Source: Malacoraja senta (lineage: Eukaryota). From it: a stretch of DNA of 64,000 nucleotides. The translations under genes and the position numbers were made by a program. Each line of letters opens with the position of its first letter. Positions within the stretch are counted from its first letter, which is position 1. Shown here one piece after another: positions 21,739-33,920 of the stretch. The notes under the pieces were generated by a model. That model had not been told where the DNA came from. It did not search any database and saw only the letters and a list, made by a program, of their open reading frames with translations. The stretch is from contig CM075989.1 of assembly GCA_038087875.1 (NCBI GenBank), positions 21,268,001 to 21,332,000 on the forward strand. Direction: 5' to 3'.

Positions 21739-23545
21739 CAGGGCCGGATTTACGTATAGGCTTCACAAGCTTAAGCTTAGGGCCTCGAGATCTAGGGGGG
21801 CATCGGCAGGGCCAGATTTATCTATAGGCTTAATAGGCTGAAGCCTAGGGCCTCAAAATCTAGGGGGCCGCCGGCCAATGTGTTTTTTCCCAGAGTGAAA
21901 AAAATCCCGAGAAAAAAATAAATTGGAGCGCTATCAGCGTTTCCACTTTGACGGAAATTACCTGAAATTCTGGTTTCAGCCCGCTGGAAGTTTTGGGGGA
22001 AAAAATTGCCAACATCCGCTCCTGCGCAGTTGGGGGAAGCCGGTGACGCAGTAGCGACGCAAAATGACGCTGTGTCTCTCGCGTGCGCAGTGGGCCCTGG
22101 CGGGTTCAGATCGCCATTTGCACTCCACACAATCACCTCGATGCCTCGTGTCTACCAAAGATCCCAGGTGTCTACTCCAGGTAAGTAGTGGAATATTGCG
22201 TTGCGGGAGTGCCCGTTTCTCCGGGCCGGGGGGGGGGGGGCCTACGGTGTCTGCGGCGCGGAGTCGGAGCCTCGCTGTGTGGGAGGGCGAGAGAGGGGGG
22301 GATGTGAGAGGGGGAAAGGGGGGGTTGAGGGGGAGAGAGAGGGAGGGGAGAGAGAGAGAGAGGGGGAGAGAGAGGGGAGGGGGGGGAGGGGGAGAGAAAG
22401 ATGGGGAGGGAGAGAGAGGTGGAGGGAGAGGGAGGGGGAAGGAGGAGGGGGAGAGGGAAAGGGGGATTATCAGGATCGATCCAGGGTCTCTGGCACTGTA
22501 AGGCAGCAACTCTACCGCTGCGCCACTGTTCCACCCACGTCTAATCGTGTGTTGCTATGGATTTGTAACCTCTGACCAGAGATTGCAAAATTAAGGTAGG
22601 TATAAGAGCAATTATATTTTCTCCTCCATATGAATAATATCAAACAATTTGAACTGCTTTCTTTTCCTTGATAACAAAACTGAAAAATATGTATTCCATA
22701 GTTTGCGACTTTCATTTTGCATCATATTTTAATGTGCACACACTAACACAGCCGAACAGTAACAGGCAATCAAATCAACACACAAAACATTTTCTTAAAA
22801 AAGGTTTTATTTACTGCAAAAACTTACAGTATTTTATTTGCAGTGTTTTCATGCTCCTTTATAACATTTTACAGTACAACTTGATTATTAAAACAAGGCC
22901 AGCTTCAATTCTTGATTAAAAAAATGTATATAACAATGACCCCAATCATCCCATTCCAACCTCTCATTCCTCATGACTCAACCAAAATTATTTCTGAAAT
23001 ATTGGTCATAAATTTGGTGCAAAAATGCTCCAAAATAAGGCTCAGAATGCACCAGAGAGCATATAAAACCCCAGAGCTTCCAGGGCCCTTAAGCGGGCCC
23101 TGGACCCCGGCCGCAATGGTCTTTGAGCTTCGCGCTTGTGATATGCGCTGCATGCACTTATTTCACATTAATTTTGCATAATCCTGCCATGCCACCACCT
23201 TTTTGAAAAGCTTCGTACCGACCTGGTGTTTAATATTTTTGACACTGCCATAGGCTTTTCTTACATATGCTGTCACAATGCACTGTCGTCTCTAAACAAC
23301 ACTTCAGTAATTTTCCTTGCCCTCCATTTCAGCATAATAGTGTTTTTAAGCCGATAACTCAACACCAGCACAGGCAGTAAATAAAAAGCGCAGCTTTCCA
23401 GCCCTTATCTCATTGGCTACGCTCGGCTGCACATCGGTGTCAATCTGGTGACTCTTCCATCTTCCTCTCATGGTGGGGGTGGGGGATGGGAGGGGCCTCA
23501 CAAGTGGAATAGCCTAGGGCCTCTCTTCATCTAAATCCGGCCCTG
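21739..23545. mobile_element. Non-autonomous hAT-superfamily DNA transposon (1.8 kb)
   Basis: 14-bp TIR CAGGGCCGGATTTA / TAAATCCGGCCCTG; 8-bp TSD TGCTCAAC (21731-21738, 23546-23553); no transposase ORF. Confidence 0.9.
22281..22465 (+). repeat. G/A-rich polypurine tract (G-quadruplex/triplex-prone) inside the hAT element
   Basis: Nearly pure G/A with many GGG runs. Confidence 0.85.
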
Positions 23546-23567
23546 TGCTCAACCCTGTCTCACACCT

Positions 23568-23689
23568 GTGTTTAAGAAGGAACTGCAGATGCTGGATCAG
23601 TCTGAAGAAGGGTTTCGGCTGAAACGTTGCATATTTCCTTCGCTCCATAGATGCTGCTGCACCCGCTGAGTTTCTCCAGCATTTTGTGT
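23568..23689. mobile_element. PLE fold-back insertion with 16-bp TSD, next to an older PLE 3'UTR (23706-23920)
   Basis: TSD ACCCTGTCTCACACCT (23552-23567, 23690-23705). Confidence 0.82.
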
Positions 23690-24962
23690 ACCCTGTCTCA
23701 CACCTTTTTTGTGTACCCTTCCGTTCTTATCTCTGGCCTTTGTTCCAACCATCTGCTTATCAGACGTCCCCCTGGCCTGCAACGCTTTGTCCGGCCACAT
23801 TCCTCCTCCAGATTTCTTCTCCACCCTCCACCCCCCTCCCACACACAATCAGTTTCGACCCAAAACATCAACCTGTCCATGTTCTCCAGAGATGCTGCCT
23901 GACCCGCTGAGTGACTCCAGCTCAATTACATTGACTTTATGTGTGAAGGTCTCACTCGGTCTATTTCATACGCATGTTAAACAGAAGATCATGGGACGAT
24001 TCCATTAACGTTCCCACTAAATACGTTAAATCGACCACCACCTACACTAATCCGACGGTAATCAATAGGATTGCACCAGGGTTCAGCGTGCTGGGATGTG
24101 CTGGGTATTTTCTGGTGTGACTTTAATAATGTGTGAAATCGCCATTTAGCAAGGGTGTAAGAAAACAGTTGGAACTGTCCACTCGCGTTATAGACTCGGA
24201 AGGATTGCACTTGTCAGAGGAGCGTAAACGTGAAAATAAACCATTATTTCGCGCAGGGAACTGGAAGCTCGCGTAAAACTTGAGCTGTAAATACCCCACA
24301 TCTGAATTACTTCAACAGTAAAATGCGGCGTTGTCTGTAATTTGGGATTTTCGTGCGTTCTTGGTAAGTATTCCGAGCACAAGTAAATCATCCCCGAATC
24401 TTCTTTGCCTTTTATATATTGGATTCCTTTATCTGTGGTTTTCTCTGTCTCTTCCCCTCTGTCACACGCTATCTCCCCAGGTGTCTGGAAGAGATGCATA
24501 ATTTAAACACACCTTAATCTGCCGTGGCATTCCCATTTGGTCGGGAGGCAAAACTACACTTTATGATGTCAGTTTTTCTCTCTAAAGGTCAATGGCAGTA
24601 TTCCGAGACGCACTTATGATCAACGTCATTCACAGAACGTTTTTCTAAATGCCCTCTCACATGTGCTACACAAGTGACAGCGAATAACCTTCACCAAGTG
24701 CTCCCCTCTGAATTACACTTCCTACAACCTTCGACTGCCTTTAGATTATCAACTTTTAATAAGTGCAATTCTGACTTGACAATATATCGCCCGGTTCCGC
24801 TAAAGAGGAGCCTCGATACGGCCGTTACAACAGAAGAATAGAAGCCCTCTTCCTTTGTCCTCTGACAATTTACACAGGTACCAAACGTGGTAACAGAACT
24901 CGGCTGGAAAGAACAGGCAGCACCTCCCGCTGAGAAGGAATGGGTGACGATTCGGTTCGAGA

Positions 24963-25260
24963 GTTTAGTTTAGTTTGGAGATTCAGTGTGCAAACAGGCC
25001 CTTCGGCCCACCAGGTCCATGCCGTCCAGAGATACCTGCACATTAACACTCCCCTACACACACTAGGGACAATTTACAATGTTAACAACTCCAATTAAGC
25101 TACAAACCTGTAGGTCTTTGGAGTGTGGGGAGGAAACGAGAGCATCCGGAGAAAACCTATTCACAGAGGAAGGTACAAACTCCGTACAGACGGAACCAGT
25201 AGTCAGGATTAAACCCGTGTCTCTGGCGCTGTGAGGCAGCAACCCTACCGCTGCGCCAAC
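24963..25260 (-). mobile_element. V-SINE
   Basis: (GTTTA)n, tail, V-domain and tRNA head in reverse. Confidence 0.85.
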
Positions 25261-25365
25261 ATGTTCATCCAACATTTTACGTTTTAATTATGAGGCTTTG
25301 TTTGCTAAGTAAGACACCGAGCTCCAGAGCACACTAAAATGCAACTTTGTGGATGAGATTATATG

Positions 25366-25512
25366 TTTAGTTTTAGTTTAGAGATACAGCGGGAAAACAG
25401 GCCTTTCGGCCCACCGCGTCTGCGCCGACCAGCGATCCCCGCACATTAACACCATCCCACCCATGCCAGGGATAATTTCCAATTTTACAAAGCCTACAAA
25501 CCTGTACGTCTT
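25366..25512 (-). mobile_element. V-SINE 3' half joined to a PLE end (25518-25560)
   Basis: Motif match. Confidence 0.78.
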
Positions 25513-25945
25513 TTTTTTGTTTATCTGTGGTTTAAACCAGCATCTGCAGTTCCTTCCAACAGACATACACATATAAGCACCTATAATTATACTGCTTCAC
25601 CCAGTGTAATGGTTAATTTTCTCAGTGAGGTAATGGACTATTAAGATCCTTCATTTATTTCTGTATGGCATTTATACGTGTAGATTTTCACTGTGCATCT
25701 CATGCCTGAACAAATCAGATGGATTTCTGAGTAAGAAGGGGCCGTGACATTAAGACCAAGCATTGGCTTTCAATTGCGACTGGCATTGACTCAGGAAATG
25801 GTTTAATGGTGGCTGCGACACCATGAGATATGTACCCAACGGCTCCACTGATTGTTAGTCATTTTCACCTCGCGATCATCGGTTCGGGAGAACCAAACGT
25901 CCGCACCCCTTGGCAACTCAAGTGAGGTAACAATCGCTGAATGAA

Positions 25946-26266
25946 CCCAATGTTGGGCAAGTCCAGAACCAGGGGCCACAGTCTTAGAACAAAGGGGAGG
26001 CCATTTAAGACTGTGGTGAGAAAAAACGTTTTCACCCAGAGAGTTGTGAATTTGTGGAATTCCCTGCCACAGAGGGCAGTGGAGGCCAAATCACTGGATG
26101 GATTTAAGAGAGAGTTAGATAGAGCTCTAGGGGCTAGTGGAGTCAAGGGATATGGGGAGAAGGCAGGCACGGGTTATTGATTGGGGACGATCAGCCATGA
26201 TCACAATGAATGGCGGTGCTGGCTCGAAGGGCCGAATGGCCACATCCTGTTTCTATGTTTCTATGT
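25946..26266 (+). mobile_element. CR1-clade LINE 3' fragment
   Basis: PMLGKSRTRGHSLRTKGRPFKTVVRKNVFTQRVVNLWNSLPQRAVEAKSLDGFKRELD; (TTCTATGT)n tail. Confidence 0.9.
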
Positions 26267-26872
26267 AACCCAAGGCCCCTGACTCTCGGCCTGAGGAAGG
26301 GTCTCATCCTGAAACCTCACCCATTCCTTCTCTCCAGAGATGCTGTCCGTCCCGCCGAGTTACTCCAGCATTTTGCGTCTATCTTTGGCGCAGAGTAAAT
26401 GCGGGGTGTGAATGCAGTGAATTTGGAGAAATTGATAAAGATGCCCGTGAACCTTAAAAGGTAATTAGAGCTTGGTTTAAGGAAAGATCAGTATATCAAT
26501 AGCGTAATCACAATAGACCAATTATCGTAAATTACTATTGAAGTAAACGTAACGTGTACTGATTGGAAGTTGCGATGCCCAGACTGTTAAAAGCATACAA
26601 TCATCTCCCCATGAGTGGCAAGCGAGCTTTGTTTAATGATAGGTGTGAACACATCTGAGTATGACATTATTGAATGTATAGAGAATGTGTGAAGGGTTTG
26701 TGCTCTGTTTTTGTTTTGTATACATTTTTTCTATTCTGAATAAAGTTCATATTTGAAATAAATCAAAATTTCCCTCGGTGATCAAGTTACTTGTACCCAA
26801 TGTACTTGTCAGCTTTGTAGGTGAACGCAATTACCACAGCTAATAACAGCGACATCATAACATTGTAGTGCT

Positions 26873-27535
26873 TTTAGTTTAATTTAGTTTAGTGTAATTT
26901 AGAGATACAGCACGGAAACAGGCCCTTCAGCCTACACAGTTCGCACTAAAGGCCCTGTCCCACTTTCCCGAGTTACTCACGAATTCTCCCGAGTTTTCCC
27001 CTTGATTCGAACTCGGAGAATTACCGTAATAGCCGTTCGTAGGTACTCGGGGCTATTTATTTTACTCGTGGACATTTTTCAACATGTTGAAAAAACGTCC
27101 CGACTTACCTGATGCCCCAAGTTCCTACGGCTGGGATTACGAGCCGCTACGAAACATCTACGGAGTCCTACGGCCTCCTACACTCGCTACGGACATTCCC
27201 CGACATTCCCCGAGTTCGAATCAAGGGGAAAACTCGGGAGAGTTCGTTAGTAACTCGGGAAAGTGGGACAGGGCCTTAACCAGCGATCCCCGCACATTGG
27301 CACTGTCCCATACACACTAGGGACAATTTACATTTATACCAAGCCCATCAACCTACAAAACTGTACATTTTTCGAGTGTGGGAGGAAACCGAAGATCTCA
27401 GAGAAAACCCGTGCGGTCATGGGGAGAACGTACAAACTCCGTACAGACAGCACCCGTAGTCGGGATCGAACCCGGGTTTCCGGCGCAGTAAGCGCTGTAA
27501 GGCAGCAACTTTACCGCTGCACCACCGTGCCGCCC
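26873..27535 (-). mobile_element. V-SINE hosting a MITE
   Basis: SINE sequence continues on both sides of 26950-27276. Confidence 0.85.
26950..27276. mobile_element. MITE, PIF/Harbinger-type
   Basis: TIR AGGCCCTGTCCCACTTTCCCGAGTTACT, imperfectly extending to ~65 bp; 3-bp TSD TAA confirmed by host SINE continuity. Confidence 0.9.
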
Positions 27536-27642
27536 TGCGTGTGAAATGTTGTACAACATCCCAAAATTCATAACAAGAGATTCCAAATGCTCCATGGATA
27601 GTTGTATCTGGCAATTCTCAAAATTCAGAAGAAATCGCCACA

Positions 27643-28368
27643 GCTGGTAGAGCTGCTGCCTCACGGCACCGGGGACCTAGGTTTGATTCTGCCCTTGGGT
27701 GCTGTTGTGTAGTGTTTGCACATTCTCCCTGTGACTGTGTGGGTTTCCTCCGGGTGCTCTGGTTTCATAAGGTCATAAGGCAATAGTGATAGGAGCACAA
27801 TTAGGCCATTTGGCCCATCTAGTCTACTCCGTCATTCAATCGTGGCTGATCTATCTCTCCCTCCTAATGCTTTCATTGCACAGGTGAAGTTACTTGATGC
27901 ACCAAGTGTGTTCATTTTATTTCTTCCATTTAATTAATAGAGATGTCCTTTATGTTTTGCCAAACCAGACAAACCCTTTCCCTTTAAAGCAAATAGGATA
28001 AATTGTCAGACATTTAAATACTGTTGATAGCCAAATAATAGTCAATAGACAATCTGTGCAGGAGTAGGCCATTCGGCCCTTCGAGCCAGCACCGCCATTC
28101 AATGTGATCATGGCTGATCATCCACAATCAGTACCCCATTCCTGCTTTCTCTCCATATCCCTTAACTCCGCTATCCTAAGAGCTCTATCTAACTATCTAA
28201 TATTGGATCACGTTGAATTTCAAGAGTGTGAGATATAGCTCTTAAGGTTAACGGAATCAATGGATGCGGGGAGAAAGCAGGAACAGAGACAGGGTATTGA
28301 TTTAGAATGATCAGCCGTGATCATATTGAAGGGCCGAATGGCCTACTCCTGCACCTATTTTCTATGTT
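27643..28368. mobile_element. Partial V-SINE head plus CR1 3'UTR fragments (27766-27865 -, 28043-28200 -, 28215-28368 +)
   Basis: Motif matches to in-window copies. Confidence 0.72.
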
Positions 28369-29567
28369 GTATAATTTCTAACATTTTCAAAAGCTGCAGA
28401 ATAAAGTTTTTAAAAAAAACTTCATGCGGGGCAAACAATGCCTTTTTAAAGGACATCAGATGACATGCAACTCAATCTTCGAGCAAATAAAAAAGGCATC
28501 AATTCACAACAAGGAATGATGTAGGGTGCTGAAGCTACTAAAATTACCAGTATGTAATAGGGTCTGGGCCCAAAGTGACAACCATTTTCTTTTATATTTA
28601 TCATGTCTTCATGGTAGCAGCCATGCCCTAGCAATTACACCAGTACTCACTGTCCTGTTGCCTTTTAGAATTTATGACAGATCCATTATTAGGAAATTGG
28701 ACTGAAATGGGTATAGTGGTATGGCTTTTTCAGAACGGTACAATAGCCTCCTAGATTATGTGGATGACAGCTTTGTCAGCTTCAAAACAAGCCGTGAAGT
28801 AGTTTGATATCATTAGTTCTATTTTCTTAATGGGCATCTGCTTCCACTGCCTGCTAGTGTAATATATTTCCAAGACAGCAACTCAGGTCAATTCAGCGAG
28901 ATTGAAGCCTTCCGCTAATAACGCAGGATGTTATCATTACCCCAAACACAACATTAATTAAAGCGAACTTTAGTTATGGAATGTGCAATTAGTCTCAGGT
29001 CATGGATAACAATTTCATAATATAAATTGAAATAAAAATGTTCCCTGATAAAAACAATCAAAATCCATATAAAGTTATTACTCTTCCATCCAAAGACTTG
29101 CACCTCCACATTCTCCTCTTTGTCGTATTATTGTTAATTATATCTACAAGCATAATTACACAATGTATTATTTAAGTCCTGGGTGTTCAAGGAAAGTAGC
29201 AGCAACTGATAATTGACTGATAATTGATCATAGATCACAAATCATTAATAATTAAGGGAAATAATGAATACTTAATTCAGAAAATGACCCAATGTAAATG
29301 GGATTAGTAAAAGAATCACAATTGCCTTAGGCTTGACAGGTTCCAGTTTGTCTCAGCATAGAGTGTAGTTATTTTCATCATCGTTACCAATCACCGGCTT
29401 ATAACTGTGGTTGGGTTTAAAGGATCAATGGGGATAGTCCGCCCTTATCCATACCCTCTCATATGCTTTCTTCTTCTCAAACTGCAACGCCACCTCGTAG
29501 ATTGTTGTGGAGTGCGGAAAAACAATTATGATCGCTATTTCTTTCATGTCCTCATGACAGAAGAAAT

Positions 29568-29873
29568 AGTTTAGTTTAGAGATAGAGCGTGGAAACAGGC
29601 CCTTCGGCCCACAGAGTCCACACCGACCATGCGATCCCCGCACACCCACACTATCCTACACACACTAGGGACAATTTACACTTATACCAAGCCTATTAAC
29701 CTACAAACCTGCACGTCTTTGGAGTGTGGGAGGAAACCGAAGATCTCGGAGAAAACCCACGGGGAGAACATACAAACTCCGTGCACAGAGCACCCGTAGT
29801 CGGGATCGAACCCGGGTCTCCGGCGCTGCAAGCGCTGTAAGGCAGCGACTCTACCGCTGCGCCACCGTGCCGC
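29568..29873 (-). mobile_element. V-SINE, full length
   Basis: All modules present. Confidence 0.92.
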
Positions 29874-30354
29874 CCAGTGTGAAGAGGTAAGGTAAGATGT
29901 GACATGTCGGGCTGGCTGTTGTTTCCAACGCTGACAGTTTCACACAACAGGCCTGTTAGACTCCAATTGCATGAAGACGTTCACAAGTATACGTATCTTG
30001 GCATGTAGATTGCAGGTTGGCTCTCTGACACCCTCTCATTATAGATTTCTGCTTTACAGCAGTGTTCATTTGAAGTAAGCACATAATTCTTGTTCAGCTG
30101 ATAATCAGAAGACAGGTTGTGTTTGTTCCCCTCTCCCTCTCTCCAGATCCTTCTGAGTCGCGAGTCTCTTTAGTCAGTGAGGAACTGCGAGGCAACACAC
30201 TGCGACACAACTCTCTCTTATCGGCAAGACTGTTGACAGAGTGTAAAATGTCACGGCTGCGCTGGGACAAGTTATGTCCAAGAATGTGAATACATAATTT
30301 AGAGAGTGCACGCTCTGGCTGGAAGAAGAACAGATTCCTGATGGAAGTGTATTA

Positions 30355-31283
30355 AATCGTGAGATAAGTTAGTCAGCCATAACCTTTTTTCTCCAGAGTG
30401 GAAATGTCAAAGAGTATAGGGCGTAGCGTTAAGGTGAGCGGGACAAAGTTTAAAGGAGCATGTTTTTTTTGCACAGATAATGGTGAGTGTGACAATATTT
30501 CTGGGAACACGCTGCCTGGGGTGGTGGTGGAGGCAGATGCGATGGTGATATTTAACAGGCTTTTAGATGTATACTAGACCAAGTGCAGACCCGTCGGGTC
30601 TGGTCCCCGAACGTGCTTCAGCGTCTTGACGGCATAGACAGCGTCTGGACGGCCGTACGCAGCGTCTCGACGTCGTATGCAGCGTCTTGATGGCGTACGC
30701 AGCGTGTTGATGGCGTAGGCGGCGTACGCCGTCAAGACGCTGCGTACGACGTTGAGATGCGGCGTACGGCCGTCGAGACGCTGCGTACGCCCTCAATGGG
30801 GCTGCGGGCCTACAGGCCGTTGACGCGCCGGCTCTATCACGCTGGCTGAAGGCAAAGATGGGTTGTTCCGCCGCTGCTTTTCGGCGTCCTCGGACAGAGG
30901 ACGGCGAAAAGCAGCGGTGGAAGAGCCGATGTTTGGCTTGAGCCAGCGTTAGAGAGCCGGCCCGGGGGGGGGGGGGGGGTGGTGGTGGTGGAGAGCTGGG
31001 CGGCAGCTGCAAAAATCGCCAGCGAAAGAATAAAAATGTCGCCGTTTTTGGAGCAGAGCCGGGCGGCAGCAGCCATTATGGTGGCTGGCCAGAAGGAGGC
31101 GACAAAATGAGTGAGTGGAGGGGGGGGGGGGATGCATTTTATTTAAAAATGTGTACATAAAAATGGCTAAATCTAATAAGGAGTGTGTTAGGGTATGTAA
31201 AAGTGTAATGTCTAGTGAAATGGAAAAAATCTCGGAGTTTTCACGTGTGGTTTTGGTGGACCAAGGAATCAAAGGCCAAATCT

Positions 31284-31331
<48 letters not shown>

Positions 31332-31381
31332 CACAGACACACAGACACACAGACACACAGACACACAGACACACAGACACA

Positions 31382-31476
<95 letters not shown>

Positions 31477-31630
31477 TTTTAAAAGTATAATATAGATAGA
31501 TAGATATATATGCAGAAAATGGAGGGATATGACTCATGTACAGGCAGATGAGATTAGTTTATTTTGGCATTATGTTCAGCATTGAGATTGTGGGCTGAAG
31601 GGCCTGTTCTTGTGCTGTACTTTTCTATAT
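30355..31630 (+). mobile_element. CR1-clade 3' fragment split by a Helitron
   Basis: ...GGCTTTTAGATGTATA | TATATATGCAGAAAATGGAGGGATATG... continuity across 30574-31504. Confidence 0.75.
30574..31504 (-). mobile_element. Non-autonomous Helitron carrying microsatellites
   Basis: Minus strand starts TCTATC.., ends CTAG; subterminal hairpin CAGACCC-GAC-GGGTCTG (30586-30602) 12 nt from the end; inserted at A/T with no TSD; (GACA)n/(CA)n at 31283-31475. Confidence 0.85.
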
Positions 31631-31649
31631 TAAATGTTAATGAATAGAA

Positions 31650-32070
31650 TGTGTAGGTAGGAAATGCTGATGCTGGTTTACACCGAAGATAGACTCAAAG
31701 TGCTGGAATAACTCAAGGAGACAGGCAGCATCTCCGGATGTATTCAAGAATTTTATGTTTCTATAAGTTTGCCTCTCATCCTTCTAAATTCCAGTGCATA
31801 CAAGCCCAGTCGACCCATTCTTTCATCATATGTCAGTCCCGCCAGAGCAGGAATTCACCTGGTGAACCTACGCTGCACTCCCGCAATTGCAATTGACCAA
31901 AGGCTAGTGCTCCTCATTTGAAACACAGCATGAACATTTGCCTCAAGTAGCTGCTGAGAAATGTTGGACACAAGGAACTGTAGATGCTGAAATATAGAGT
32001 AAAACCCAAAGTGCTGGAGTAACTCATTGATTCTGGCAGCATCTGTGGAGGTGAATTGACAGCCAACGTT
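31650..32070. mobile_element. PLE and CR1 fragments
   Basis: PLE units at 31650-31740 and 31968-32075; CR1 remnant at 31765-31890(-). Confidence 0.65.
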
Positions 32071-32331
32071 CTGGGTTGTTAGTAAACACAACTTAGAAAG
32101 GTTAAGTATGTGGGTATAAATGATGCTGGGGCATCTTTTGGAACTTAGTAAAATGCAGAATAAGAATTGATAGTTCAAAATACAAGAAGAAAAGTTCAAG
32201 TCTATTCACACTCCACTGCGATTGTTGACCCGAAACGATTACAAATTATTGCAACCCGAAACGTCGCACATCCACTCCCTCCACTGATGTCACCTGACCC
32301 GCTGAGTTACTCCAGCACTAGCCAAGAAATG

Positions 32332-32760
32332 TTAAGTGGCTTTGTCAAACGCTCTATATTTTTTTGGACCAGAGTCTGACTTTGTGCTGTGTTTTACCAC
32401 CACTGATGAATTTTCCTTACTTGCATTCTTTATTTGCAAATCAAACATTCCTGACGTTTTTGTTCCTTTAAACATAGATTTGACCTCCAGCCACTTGGTC
32501 ATTTTTTTTCCTGGAATTATAATCAGCTTGGGTTTCCCGTATGAACTCAGTGAGTAAGACTCATAGTTCATTGTTTTGTGCTTCTCCAAGCCAATTCTTT
32601 CTGGTTTCTCGCCGTTGATCGGAGGCATCTGCGCAAGTTCACATTTTGTGAACCCTTTTCCAAGTTGTCTAAGTAAGAGTTTAATAAAATCTTTTATTGG
32701 AAACAAATGGAAACTTAGAGATAAGGAATCTCTGAGGCGAGTGTGTGCAGCTGTTGACAT
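32332..32760 (-). other. Unassigned 142-codon ORF in unique sequence
   Basis: Open frame only; no recognised domain. Confidence 0.15.
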
Positions 32761-33232
32761 TGCAGGGAGATATAACCGATGAGGAAGTGCCTATTTTTCT
32801 AGGCTTGACGTGAATGATGGTTAGGGAAGGGGTGTATATTTATGTAAGGGTGAAGATGGGAGTTTAAGGGGCTGAATATTGCTGAGAGAACGGCGTTTGC
32901 ATTCAGCACAACACAAAAGATGGAAATGAAGTAACTTCCTTGTAAAAGAGCTCCCGACAGAATAATTTCAATTCAGAGAGGCTGCCTTGGGCACAGATGA
33001 GGGTTGACTCGAAAAATAGGAAATGATAGAGTCAACTTGTCAGGCTGCTTAGTCAGAAACAAAACGGCAAAGTGTCCTTGGGAGGGTAGACTGTATATCT
33101 TTCAGAAACGATAAACAATTTATCTGGACCCACATAAATAATCATCGAGACAAACTCACGATAAAACCCGGCAAGAAAATAATGCTTCAAACATTGAAGA
33201 GAATGGATGCACTAATTAAAAATGAAGATTGA

Positions 33233-33660
33233 TTATTTTAAAGTTTCACTTTACATTTTACAAATCAGATTACATTTTAGTAAAGTGTTTAACTGTTAAA
33301 GTGACACGTCACATAGATTTATTATTTCAACGTAGTTTTGCTGTATTAAATAATAGTTTGTACAAGAATGCTACCTTCCACAAATTAATTCTGTTCCATG
33401 TGCCGCTTCTAAATTAAAATAGTAAGAATAGTTATTTTTTTAAATTTTATTTTGAAGTTTCACTTTATATTTTACAAATCAGATTCCATTTTAGTAAAGT
33501 GTTCTAAATCGACCTGTTACATAGATTTACTAATTTAACATAATTTGTAGTTTGCTGTATTAAATAATAGTTTATACTAGAGAGCTACCTTTTAAGAATT
33601 AGATCTGTTTCATATGCCCATTCTAAATTAAAATAGTAAGAATAGTTACTTTTTAATTTT
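33233..33660. repeat. Diverged tandem duplication, ~214-bp unit x2
   Basis: TTATTTT.AAGTTTCACTTTA.ATTTTACAAATCAGATT...CTAAATTAAAATAGTAAGAATAGTTA at 33233 and 33447. Confidence 0.92.
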
Positions 33661-33770
33661 TAAATATTGATCTTTTAAATCAATTAAAAATGAGGGCATA
33701 CACAGAGAGGTGATATACAATGTAATTAATGCATAACTTCAAATCTGCAAGATTTGTCTATGATATTTAA

Positions 33771-33920
33771 TTTGTAGGTTAATTGGCTTCTGGACATTGT
33801 CCCTAGTGTATAGGATAGAACTAGTGTACTAAGATCACTGGTCAGTGCGGACTGAGTGGGCCAAAGGGTCAGGTTTCACTCTGTATCTCTAAACTAAACT
33901 AAACTAAACTAAACTAAACT
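33771..33920 (+). mobile_element. V-SINE 3' half
   Basis: TTTGTAGGTTAATTGGCTT...(TAAAC)n. Confidence 0.82.

Noticed and set aside
21976..22575. Pro-rich or Gly/Arg/Glu-rich ORFs
   Set aside because: They arise from the polypurine tract inside the hAT element; no transposase motifs.
30563..31476. CpG island promoter or 149-175 aa ORFs
   Set aside because: Contained within Helitron termini; the ORFs derive from GC-rich repeats and microsatellites.
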